The notes below the pieces were generated by a model, which made no database searches, was not told the origin of the DNA, and saw only the letters and a list, made by a program, of their open reading frames with translations. Below are positions 49,347 through 59,278 of a DNA stretch of 64,000 nt, piece by piece. Source of the stretch: a virus (taxonomy: Duplodnaviria; Caudoviricetes); IMG/VR virus record IMGVR_UViG_3300028048_003198, positions 5,903-69,902 of that record. The stretch is one strand, 5' to 3'. Position numbers and translations under genes: made by a program. Each line of letters opens with the position of its first letter. Positions within the stretch are counted from its first letter, which is position 1.

Positions 49347-50463
49347 TACCTGAACAGTTTAAGTTGATAAAAGAGGATTTGAAGCGCGAATACGCTTCCA
49401 TCCTTTGTGCGGAAAGCCTTGCGTTCATTGATAAGGCAGAAACGCTCGCAGACCTCGTGTCTGTGCTTCGGACCTATATGGTAGTTATCGCTTGCAAGCC
49501 TATTCCTACTGACGAATGGGTGCGTAAGTGGTTCAAATACGATCTTGCCGAACTGAATGCGCTCGGCATCTATCTGGATCAGACAGCAACCATCGATGAT
49601 CCTGCACAAGATATCGTGTGCTTCGGCCGCTGCTGCCTGACGCTCAATTTCAACCAGCCGAAAGTATGGAATATCTTGCTGTATGGCACAAGTATCGCCG
49701 TACTGAATACACATACCATCTGCTCGGTGAACGTTCGTGCAAGGGATAATTCCTCGGCTTTAGCGCCTATTAAGTATCGTGGTTCAATCATTAAAATTCG
49801 GAGAGTATGAGAGTACAAATGCGTATAAACGGCAAGGATGCGGGTGGTCTCGGACTAACTTGCAATGAGGGAACGCTGAATGCCTTGATGAAGCCCGCGG
49901 AATTCAAGAAGATGATCAGTAATCAGAATAGTTCGGCGCACGGCACGAGTTATCTGACTGACCCGAGCAAGCGATTTCTTGCAGAGCAGGATATCGCGAT
50001 ACCTGTCTATCTTCGCGCTGAATCGCTTATTGACACCCAGAGACGGATGGATGATCTGGTCGAGTTTTTGAAGAATGGCGTTGAATCGAATAGCGGCTAT
50101 ACCGGAATAAACGAGATATACGTTCCGTGTATAGAAAAGACTTTCCGTCTCATCTATAAAGATATAAAGCCATTCAGATTATTCTCTATAGATGGCGGCG
50201 TGCTGATGTCTATCAAGTTTACGGAGTTTGATCCGAGCAATAGAGCCAATTACAATCCATCAAGCAGCCTTCCGTCCGTGGATATTGGCACAGGAACAAA
50301 TGTCGATACGGGTAGCAATGCACCAGGAGATGAAGGGTCTAATGATGAAAACCTACCTGGATTTGAAAACAGTGATATCGATCCTGCTGATCCCGATCCT
50401 GATAGTGGCGAAGATCTTCCAAGCGATGATATAGACGGAAATAATGGCAGTGGTAATGACTAA
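49343..50463 (+). CDS. hypothetical protein (49343-49810) and distal-tail-like protein with an acidic low-complexity tail (49807-50463)
   Basis: Synteny after the tape measure gene; Asp/Gly/Asn-rich last ~70 aa. Confidence 0.55.
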
Positions 50464-50475
50464 ATAAGATATGCT

Positions 50476-53400
50476 ATGTATCATATAGGAACGACCATAC
50501 AGATATTTAATCCGAGCGGTGTTGCTTACACGTACGGAGAAAACGGCAATAACGCTTTCCCGGTCACCGACTCATGCGAGCGTAAAGCAGAGGTAATGGG
50601 CGACGATTATGTCCGTCTTTCATTCTCCTTGCAAGACTGGGTGTTTCTTGAGTCCATGTCGTTTATTGAGTACGACGGGGAGTATTTCTTTTTGAAAGAC
50701 AACTACTCACCAAAGTACAGCGACGGAAACTATGTGTTTGACTGCAATTTCTATGCGGTCAGCAATTTGTTTGATAAGTTCCTCGTAGTGAACTCGTACG
50801 ACGGATGGTTTAAGAAAGGAACCGATTTCGAGCAGTATCTGTATAATGTCATCGAGTGCTCTTCGATGGCAGAGGTGCAAACGAGAATAGTTAGTATTAT
50901 TCGTCAGTACCTAAATCACAATATCAGCCTTGCCGATCTTCGCAATACGAGATTCGCCTATGTTAACAATGGTGAGTATACTACATACAGAATCCCGCTT
51001 TTCCCGACCTTTGTTCTTGTAGAAGAAGTACAAGTTGGTGGTCGCCCGTATGTTTGGAGAGCGATGTATGAATACACGCTTGAGGAGTTTAATAAAGCTG
51101 TCGCAAAAGTAGAGGCTGGCACATTGTCAGCAGCAGACCTATTGAACAGTTACTATAGCAACCCGAATCCGGATGAAAGCGCGTATGGTAATGTGTATTA
51201 CCACGTAGAAAAGGTGTTCACTTACGAGGATGTTGCTGATGTCGTAAAGTTTTATGACAACTTGCCTGCGACTACATGCGCTTCTATGGCTGCCGTTTCG
51301 TCTCAGATAAGCGCGTTGTATGCTGACTATGCTGCAGGGCGCATAACAGAGAATAAATTAAACTATTCGCTGTTTTTGTACAACGGCACGTACTATCGGT
51401 ATAAGCAAAACAACTCATCCGGCGAGGGAGGAACGATAGTTGACTGCTCGTCTCTTGCTGAGGTACAGAGTCGTTTCAACGCAGACGCTGTTGCGTACCT
51501 GAATACGTGTCATCAATATCTGTATGGCGATGGTGCCATAGACTGGGAATATAGTGATGTCTATGGAACGTATAGGGGTTCTGGATTGCCAAGCACGATA
51601 GACGATTATAGTCTTTCGCAGAAGCAAGATGCTGTGACTTCTGCTTTCCAAGCGTTGTCACAGAAGAGATATCGCTATGCTGGTGCAATTTATAAGTTTA
51701 ATCATATTCAGTTAGATAATTCGTGGGAGAATTATATAAACGAGCATCGTACAACGAAGTCTGATTGCTATAAGCAAGGTACAAAATCGAATGCAGGTAC
51801 ATACCTTCAAAATAAAATCCTGCAAGGAAATGCTGACTTTTCGATGAGTGAGTATGATATTATGGGTGGCGCTCCGTATGTATGGTCTCGCCAAGGCGGT
51901 GAAGTGCAAACTACGTACTATGTTTGGTGGATGAACTTGAAAAACGCAGCTGTGACTGTTATATACGACGTGGATTCGAACTATCAAGAAGTGTCGAATA
52001 TCATGCTGCAGACGTACGAACTTGAGGATCAGTTTGAGTTGATATACCGTCGATTCATCGAGCATACGTTTTCGATCACCACGGCGCTACCTCAGATATA
52101 CAAACTGATCATCGATTCGATACAGTTCATAAACTGCCCGACGGTAGCCAAGGCGAAACTGATGGAACTCGCAAACAAGTTCTATTATATAGATGGCGAT
52201 CCAGAATCCGGAAATACTACGCAGGCTAATAAGGATACTCACTATCTCGCTAATGCGCTGTCTTATCCGTTCGATTTCAAAGGGACGAGTATCAAGGAAG
52301 CGCTGAATATGCTTGCTGAAAAATACGATACGGAGTGGTACGTTCGCGGAGGCGAGTTGTTTGTCAAGAACAGCGAGTACGGTGATGCCATGGCACTATC
52401 CGACCTGATGATGGAGACGGGCAGCAGGCTTGAGCGCTTACAGAGTCTCGGGCTGAAATCATGCGAGTACAAGGACAGCCTTGGTGATATCCCGATGTTG
52501 ATATATCCGATTGCTTCGGACAGAAACATGACGATTACGTATATCAGCAATACGGCTATGAATACGATCGTAGAGTATGACGGGCATCTAAAATTGAAGC
52601 CGTTTACAACCTATCGAGTTATATCTGGAAGTGTTGGTAGGCTTGGCCTCAATCTTTATACTACATACGAAACAGACGCTGGTGGCGGTATTCATTTTGG
52701 CTTGATCAATGAATCGGCAACATATATTGCGAAAACAGAGTCGTTTGACGATATATACCCTCGATGCTATTACAAGATAGTAGATGTGGAAACAGTCACG
52801 ACAACGAGCGGCCAGTATCGGTACAATATCTATGTGGTGCCGTTGGTAGGCACGACAGATACGCCTCTCGACATATCCAGTCTTACAACAGAAGAGAGGA
52901 ATAGGCTGCTTCCTACACGCAACGCAACCAACGGTCTTGAGGGCGAAAAGCCATCCATCATATTTGAGGGTGGAGTATTGAACGGCTTTGAGTTTGAGGT
53001 AGTATTGAAGCAGATCGATTCCTCGGATAGTGCACACTATAATATGGGCTATGTCTATATGCAGATAGCGCCGGAGATGTCCGATGTTGAGGGCGAGGAG
53101 GGTAAAATCAAGTACCCGCAGAACGAGTTTATTCCGCATGTGGGCGATAAGATATCCATCGTGAATATCAAGATGCCGGATAGTTATGTAGAGTTGGCTC
53201 GTCAGGAATTGGCGCAGGCAGCGTACGACTATTATGTGCAGATGTCTAAATCCACCAGAGCATTAAAGTGTGTCACGGATAGTAAGTATGTGTACAAGAA
53301 TAATGTCACTATCGGTATCGGTAGCAAGGTTAGCATCTTCTCGCATCTGTTCCTGAACAAACTCAGCGATGGGGACAGAGAAAGAATGCTTGAGTATCTT

Positions 53401-53628
53401 GCCAATCCGTATTCCGGCGGTTCGTATATTCGTGCGATCTTACAGTACTCGCTGAATAAGACGAAAGGCAGAGATTTTCACATAACATCCCACGTGGTGT
53501 CTGTTCAGTACTCGCTTACGAATCCTGAACAAGTGACCTTTGAAACTGCAAGCATCAAGAAACTCGGCTATCTGGAGAAACAGAAGATGCAGATGAAGCA
53601 GATGCAGAATCAGTTGAACATGAACTGA
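50476..53628 (+). CDS. tail tip/baseplate hub protein
   Basis: 1050 aa; MGDDYVRLSF, FDDIYP, GDKISI patterns and position. Confidence 0.7.
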   Translation: MYHIGTTIQIFNPSGVAYTYGENGNNAFPVTDSCERKAEVMGDDYVRLSFSLQDWVFLESMSFIEYDGEYFFLKDNYSPKYSDGNYVFDCNFYAVSNLFDKFLVVNSYDGWFKKGTDFEQYLYNVIECSSMAEVQTRIVSIIRQYLNHNISLADLRNTRFAYVNNGEYTTYRIPLFPTFVLVEEVQVGGRPYVWRAMYEYTLEEFNKAVAKVEAGTLSAADLLNSYYSNPNPDESAYGNVYYHVEKVFTYEDVADVVKFYDNLPATTCASMAAVSSQISALYADYAAGRITENKLNYSLFLYNGTYYRYKQNNSSGEGGTIVDCSSLAEVQSRFNADAVAYLNTCHQYLYGDGAIDWEYSDVYGTYRGSGLPSTIDDYSLSQKQDAVTSAFQALSQKRYRYAGAIYKFNHIQLDNSWENYINEHRTTKSDCYKQGTKSNAGTYLQNKILQGNADFSMSEYDIMGGAPYVWSRQGGEVQTTYYVWWMNLKNAAVTVIYDVDSNYQEVSNIMLQTYELEDQFELIYRRFIEHTFSITTALPQIYKLIIDSIQFINCPTVAKAKLMELANKFYYIDGDPESGNTTQANKDTHYLANALSYPFDFKGTSIKEALNMLAEKYDTEWYVRGGELFVKNSEYGDAMALSDLMMETGSRLERLQSLGLKSCEYKDSLGDIPMLIYPIASDRNMTITYISNTAMNTIVEYDGHLKLKPFTTYRVISGSVGRLGLNLYTTYETDAGGGIHFGLINESATYIAKTESFDDIYPRCYYKIVDVETVTTTSGQYRYNIYVVPLVGTTDTPLDISSLTTEERNRLLPTRNATNGLEGEKPSIIFEGGVLNGFEFEVVLKQIDSSDSAHYNMGYVYMQIAPEMSDVEGEEGKIKYPQNEFIPHVGDKISIVNIKMPDSYVELARQELAQAAYDYYVQMSKSTRALKCVTDSKYVYKNNVTIGIGSKVSIFSHLFLNKLSDGDRERMLEYLANPYSGGSYIRAILQYSLNKTKGRDFHITSHVVSVQYSLTNPEQVTFETASIKKLGYLEKQKMQMKQMQNQLNMN

Positions 53629-54222
53629 TCATAGTGAAGTTTGGATTCGATGGTATTTGTTCATCAGCCGTTTGTGCTCTGACATACGACCATCGTCCAA
53701 CGCTTCGCCTGCGGCTTTCAGCACCTCGCGTGCTTCCGCTTCTCGCTCCTTGTGTTTCTTCGTCATGCTGATAATAGAGTCGATCTGTTTCTTCGTAAAG
53801 AGCACGTCTTTTGGAGAATCGGTTGCCTTGCCGAGTTTCTTCATCGCACGCAACGCGATATCGCCGAAATACGAGACCTTCCCGCAACCGTGCGTGCTGA
53901 AAGAAAACTCCGGCATCATCACCATGTCGCATAACTGCAGCGCCTTGTGATACTGCGCTGTGTTCATGAGGTTCATCGCAAGACGCTTATGTGCATACCC
54001 GGTATCATGACCGTAGATAATAGCCAGACGAGCGTGCTCTGTGGACTGATCCAAATAGGTCGGATTGGTGTCGCGCAGTTTATAGAAAGCGTCCATCAGT
54101 TGAACGTGAATACCTGCATCCTTGGGTGACGATTCGAGCATTCGAAGCCCTTCTGTGATGACAACATCGTACTGCTTTGAGTACATGAGGTTGCCTAACG
54201 AAATTGAGTCGTTTGAGTTCAT
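53629..54222 (-). CDS. TPR-like helical hypothetical protein, the only convincing minus-strand gene
   Basis: Fills the gap between tail hub and holin with no + strand gene; minus-strand TACTTTTG -7 element upstream. Confidence 0.7.
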   Translation of the reverse strand: MNSNDSISLGNLMYSKQYDVVITEGLRMLESSPKDAGIHVQLMDAFYKLRDTNPTYLDQSTEHARLAIIYGHDTGYAHKRLAMNLMNTAQYHKALQLCDMVMMPEFSFSTHGCGKVSYFGDIALRAMKKLGKATDSPKDVLFTKKQIDSIISMTKKHKEREAEAREVLKAAGEALDDGRMSEHKRLMNKYHRIQTSL

Positions 54223-54297
54223 GGCAATCAAAATTTTGCACAAAAGTAGTAAAAATCGCTGACAAAAGCAAGAAAATTTGAAGAAAAATCGTAAAAT

Positions 54298-54330
54298 TGT
54301 TTGATATTCAAACAAAAATTTGTACCTTTG
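54298..54330 (+). promoter_or_regulatory. holin/tail-fibre promoter with operator TGTTTGATATTCAAACA
   Basis: TTTG 54300-54303, 19-nt spacer, TACCTTTG 54323-54330. Confidence 0.82.
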
Positions 54331-54349
54331 CAGAAAATTTTAGAGAATT

Positions 54350-54880
54350 ATGCAAGAATTATTCCACACATCCCCACGCTCGATAGCCGTATTTCTGGCT
54401 GTGCTTGCGTTCTACTACCTCTGCATAGCCGGGTTTATGGCGTGCGATTGTCTGGTCGCTGTTCATAGGGCCAAAGTGACAGGAACTTATCGAAGCAGCC
54501 GTAAGTTCCGACGTACTTTCGACAAAGCCGTTATGTACTACATCCCGACGTTCATGATGACGCTTGTGGATTTTATGATCATGTTAGCAGTCGCATTCAT
54601 GGAGATTCCGTGGATTCCTCATTTTCCATTCGTGACATTCTTTGCTGTGGCTGCTGTCGGATGGATCGAGATCAAGTCTGTGCACGAGAAGCGAGACGCA
54701 AAGGAACGTGCCAAGATCGAGGAAGCAGTAGAAGCGCTTGTGAAGCTGTCTAAAGACCGTGATATCGCAGGCACATTGGAAACGGTAATCGCTGCGGCTA
54801 AGTCCATTGACGCAGAGAAAGAACGCATCCGAAAGGAAGCTGCACAAGCGGAATCGGCTGCGGCAGAACAGAATAACTAA
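54350..54880 (+). CDS. phage holin family protein
   Basis: Multiple TM segments, SSRKFRRTFDK, EIKSVHEK, charged C-terminus. Confidence 0.75.
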   Translation: MQELFHTSPRSIAVFLAVLAFYYLCIAGFMACDCLVAVHRAKVTGTYRSSRKFRRTFDKAVMYYIPTFMMTLVDFMIMLAVAFMEIPWIPHFPFVTFFAVAAVGWIEIKSVHEKRDAKERAKIEEAVEALVKLSKDRDIAGTLETVIAAAKSIDAEKERIRKEAAQAESAAAEQNN

Positions 54881-54900
54881 CCATCAAAAAGCAATAAGCC

Positions 54901-57644
54901 ATGGATATCTTACGTATCAAAAAAGGTTTCGATGCCACGCTGGATGTGAATCAAGAAGATCTTCCTGCGTTGACTGGTGGCGCTACATACAGAGTTGCTA
55001 TTTATAGCCGTAGTCTTGATAAGCGATATGTTGCGCAAGGTCCTACATATCCCGCTCCTGGCATCCTACGTTTCAAGTGGCCGCATGGTACAAAGTCACC
55101 GGACGGTATCGTAGTTCCTGATACAACTGTTCGCAACGGTACCGCAAACATGGAGCCGGGAAAGTATTTCTTGGAGATATTTGCTACCGACAAATCAGTC
55201 GTGACGGATAACGAAACGCCGTTGGTAGAGGTTGTAGAGTCTAACATGCTTGCCGTGAACAGCCATCCGGCAGATTAAATCGTACGACTATGCACAAGAT
55301 TATTGTACACACAAACCAAATCCCGATCCGGTTGTTTTGCGATGATCAGGTCGTGAATACGACTGTTCACACGTATAGCATTCGTGTCTCAGATGGTATC
55401 GACTGGGATAAGGTTCACAAACTGATCGAGCAAGCGGTAGCGCCGTTGGAACACAAAGAGGTTATAACGGTGCTCACGTATTCCGATGAGTTTCCGGAAG
55501 ATGCTGCTGTTGACGATCTGTTTATCTATTCCACGGAGAATAAGCTGTTCAAATACTACGGCGATGATGACGGATGGGCCGAGGAAGAAGCTGCAGCAGA
55601 CATCCTCTACGTAGCATCCGACACGAGCAGTATCTATCTGTATAACGGTAGCGAGTTTGTTGATGCTACCGGGCGCAGGATTGACGATACAATATACGTG
55701 CGCAATCTGACTACCGATCTTGCTGACATCATCGACAAAGGTATTTATACGGTATGCCTGGCTGTATCAGCAAGTTTGGCATGTACGTACTATACGCTTG
55801 TGGTTAACAAGTCATCCAGAATGATGAGGCCTACTCGTATTACGTACTACTCGCAACTCTTGTATAATCATGAAGTGTACATGATACGAAGCAAGACGAA
55901 TGCTGCAGCGTGGGGAGAATGGCAAGAGCATTATTTCTTTTTCCACGGCGATAGCGCAGAGCATGTACAGGATGAGACACTGAACATGTCGCAGGACCAA
56001 GTGAACGCGATGGTGCTTGGCAGGATTGAAGATTTAGAAACGCAGGTTAGAGCTGCATTATAATAAAAAACTATGAGCAGATACAGACAAACAGGACTGA
56101 ACGGCGCCTATTTATATCAGTTGAGCGGCGTTATTAGCGACGGTTTTCAGATCGCATTCCCAATCCCGATCTACGCTTACGAGCGGCTGTACAATAAGAG
56201 TGAAGACGTTATCACCCGAGAGGTAATAGAGTCTATTCGTCTTATTGCTGACGAGACCGCAGGCGGTGTGGTGCTTTGTTCGACCGGACTGAAAGCGCAG
56301 GTTAGAGGTGTTGGTTTGATCAACAATGGCATTCCGGCTGTGATCCTTTCGCTTGACTATCCAGAGTTGGCCGTCAAGACAGGAGAAGGCACGACGAGTG
56401 GTAAGAAGTGGATAACGTACACCATCACGAAATACGGCATCACGAAGACCTATACGCTGCGTGAGTCGGATATGCTGACTATCGAGATGGACTGGGGTGA
56501 GGACCCGGACATGACCGAAAAGGCTATCGAGAAAGCCACGGAGCACATCATGGGCGGCGCTGTGCCGTTTAACTTTGGCGAATCCGTCCCTGCGGCAGAG
56601 ATTGGAGGCGAATTTCTTGATGGTACGGGAGATGACGAAGTAGATGTTTTCGGGTCGTATAATTACCCCGCCATCTTCGGCGTAGGCTCCATCGTAAGAG
56701 CCGAAGATATGAACGCCCAGACTGAGGACAGTTGCTATATCGCAAAGGCTGCGAATAATCCTGCTCTGGGTTATGACGGTCAAGATTGGTATATTAGCGG
56801 TGTGACGTGGATGGTTGTCGAGAAAACCAAGGCATACAGATGTGTCGATGTGATCACACTCACCTATACGGCAGACGGAGAGGATAATCCTGTTCCTGAT
56901 TCCGGAGAGACGGTTACGACTGGCAAACTGTATGTCTATGCCGAGTACGATCCGGGTGTGTCGAATAAGGAGTTGCGTGACCTGATCAACAGCAAGTCAG
57001 CTGCCGACAAAGCCGCACTCAAGCAAGACATGCGCAGTATTGCTGGCAACTGCATACTGCCTGATTTTGAGTGGCCCTGTTTGCCGTTTGATAAGCTGAA
57101 CGGTTTTTCCGCACTCGATAATGATCTGGATATCTATTCCGGAGATTTCGACCCACAGATGGCATCGGAAGCGGCAAAACTATTCGTCGGTGCTATCATT
57201 AAGGTTACAGGCGATTGTGTGATCGAAGATGCTACGATGGGCTTCCCTGCAGGCAATCCGTTGAGTGTTGCAAAGGCAGTCAGCAGCGACCAACCGGGCT
57301 ATGAGCAGGGCCTGTATTGGAACTTCCAAGAGAACTCGGAGTTGGTCGGTGTGACACAGACGATCCAACCGCAGAAAGGTCATTACTATCGCGTGACTGG
57401 CTTCCATGATGTGTACAATATGACCAATTACGAGGTTGTGGAAGATTATGTGATCACGTACGAGGAGGTAACGGAGGCTACCATCACCGAACTCGCAGAG
57501 CAGATGGTTAAGAAAGTAGGATCACAAGGCAGTAGCGGAGGCGGTGGCGGTGACGAGATCGAGATTATGACGGATGCAGAGTATGCTCCTGCACTCGCTG
57601 ATCTTGATGATATGATCGACGCTTTAGACGAAGAAGAATCGTAA
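54901..57644 (+). CDS. three probable tail fibre/adaptor genes (54901-55278, 55290-56063, 56073-57644)
   Basis: Beta-rich acidic ORFs co-linear with the DGR target; function from context. Confidence 0.5.
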
Positions 57645-57656
57645 AATGTATATATT

Positions 57657-58853
57657 ATGAGTTACTACAACAAAAAGAAAGCGGCTACGGTTGAATTTGT
57701 ACAGGATGCCGTAGTAGAAGCATTCGAGAAAATGCAAATCTGGGTTCAGAATAACGCCGACAAACTCGAAGTGATGAAGCATGTCGGCAATCTGCTTAAC
57801 AGAGCGAACCGTGTAGCGACCGACAACCGCACCGTGTCCGAGCGTGCGCAGTCTCTCGTAGCGTCTATAGATGCAATCGTGGCAGCTATGACGGAGTGCG
57901 GTGTCGATATGGAAGGTATTACGACTGCACAGATAGCGCAGTTTATTACGACTATCGCTGATGGTGCTGGTACATGGATTGAGGACGCAGACGGTGTTTT
58001 GTGGACTCCGGCATCATGGGCTTATGAGAAGCAACAGGCAGGCGGTGTTGATCCGGCGGTATTCCAAGGCATTGTGCTTACAAATAGTGAGCATGAGATA
58101 TACATCGCTTCTCGTAACTACGGTCCTATGCAGTTCGGTACGTACGGACATACCATACCGAATTTGCAGGCTACCAGTGGCGGTCCTTCTGGAACGCCTG
58201 TTGATGGCGAGTATAACGGTCGTATGATCCTTGCGGCTACGAACCCTGATGCGCTGCGTCCGTTCGGATGGGCTATTGACTATTTCGAGGGTTTGAAGCG
58301 TACCGATTTGGTAGGCAACGACGGATTGAAAGTGAATGTCGTTTTCTTTCCGGACCAAGCAACGCTGACATCATGGGCTACTGGCATTGGATTGAACGAG
58401 ATGTTGTCCATAGGTCAAAGTATGATCTATGCCATCCAGAATGATGCAAACAATCCGACGAACGGCTATTATACGCTCAAGTATTTCAACGGTTCGAACT
58501 CGATTTCGTTCGCTAACCGCGAGGCTGTTGCCCCATATACTGACAACTACGGTCAAATAGGGTGTACAGCCGCTAATGCGTGCGTGGAGCATAAAGAGTA
58601 TCCGGAAGACCCGCTGTTCTGGCGTAACGGTTCTCTGTTTGAGTGTCTAATGATGATCATGAATAAGAAGGACATCAACGCTTGTAGAGCGGCTATAGGA
58701 CAGGTCGCTCTCCCGTCCGGCTACGTGTGGACGGGTCTTCAGAACAACAACGCCTACGAGTATTACTTTAGTTTGGCAGATGGGAGTTGGGACTACAGCT
58801 ACAAGACCAACAGTTACTACGTCGTTCCGGTTGCCTCACGAAAAAAGGCGTAG
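57657..58853 (+). CDS. DGR target protein (putative receptor-binding, C-type-lectin-like C-terminus)
   Basis: C-terminal VWTGLQ...YYFSLADGSW...YYVVPV is encoded by the variable repeat. Confidence 0.85.
   Translation: MSYYNKKKAATVEFVQDAVVEAFEKMQIWVQNNADKLEVMKHVGNLLNRANRVATDNRTVSERAQSLVASIDAIVAAMTECGVDMEGITTAQIAQFITTIADGAGTWIEDADGVLWTPASWAYEKQQAGGVDPAVFQGIVLTNSEHEIYIASRNYGPMQFGTYGHTIPNLQATSGGPSGTPVDGEYNGRMILAATNPDALRPFGWAIDYFEGLKRTDLVGNDGLKVNVVFFPDQATLTSWATGIGLNEMLSIGQSMIYAIQNDANNPTNGYYTLKYFNGSNSISFANREAVAPYTDNYGQIGCTAANACVEHKEYPEDPLFWRNGSLFECLMMIMNKKDINACRAAIGQVALPSGYVWTGLQNNNAYEYYFSLADGSWDYSYKTNSYYVVPVASRKKA
58704..58832 (+). repeat. DGR variable repeat (VR)
   Basis: 129 nt with 18 mismatches to 59353-59481, all at positions 1-2 of NNC codons. 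Confidence 0.92.
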
Positions 58854-58856
58854 CCC

Positions 58857-58875
58857 GGGTGTGCGGAGCACGCCC
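58857..58875 (+). promoter_or_regulatory. DGR target-recognition hairpin with GGA triloop
   Basis: GGGTGTGC-GGA-GCACGCCC just after the target stop codon. Confidence 0.75.
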
Positions 58876-58900
58876 ATAACACTATAACCGCAATTCTCCT

Positions 58901-59278
58901 ATGCATCAGAATGTGAAGCGATATTTAATGCACCCTTTGATAGGTAAGGTGGTGGCACTCAATCAGTATTTGATGAAAGTGCGCACCTTGCCTGAAAAGA
59001 GCATACAGCATGTGTATGTCGAGACGCTTATGAAAGCATCTGACACGCTTTTTACACAAGCAATGCGCGAGGTAAGAGGAAAGGATTATGTCAAGCGAGC
59101 TACCGAGACCATTGAGGAGATTACCGCAAGGAATTATCTAATCTATTCCCTACGTGGATGGTCTAATAAGGTAACCGCAAGGATAGATGCCATGTGCGAA
59201 GAAATTACAGCAGAGCTGTATAAGGCTGATGCTGTAATGAGAAATAGCCAGAATCATGAAGTTCAAGGACGAACATGA
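58901..59278 (+). CDS. avd: Avd-like accessory protein (four-helix bundle)
   Basis: 125-aa basic helical protein between VR and TR/RT; identity inferred from size and position. Confidence 0.65.
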   Translation: MHQNVKRYLMHPLIGKVVALNQYLMKVRTLPEKSIQHVYVETLMKASDTLFTQAMREVRGKDYVKRATETIEEITARNYLIYSLRGWSNKVTARIDAMCEEITAELYKADAVMRNSQNHEVQGRT

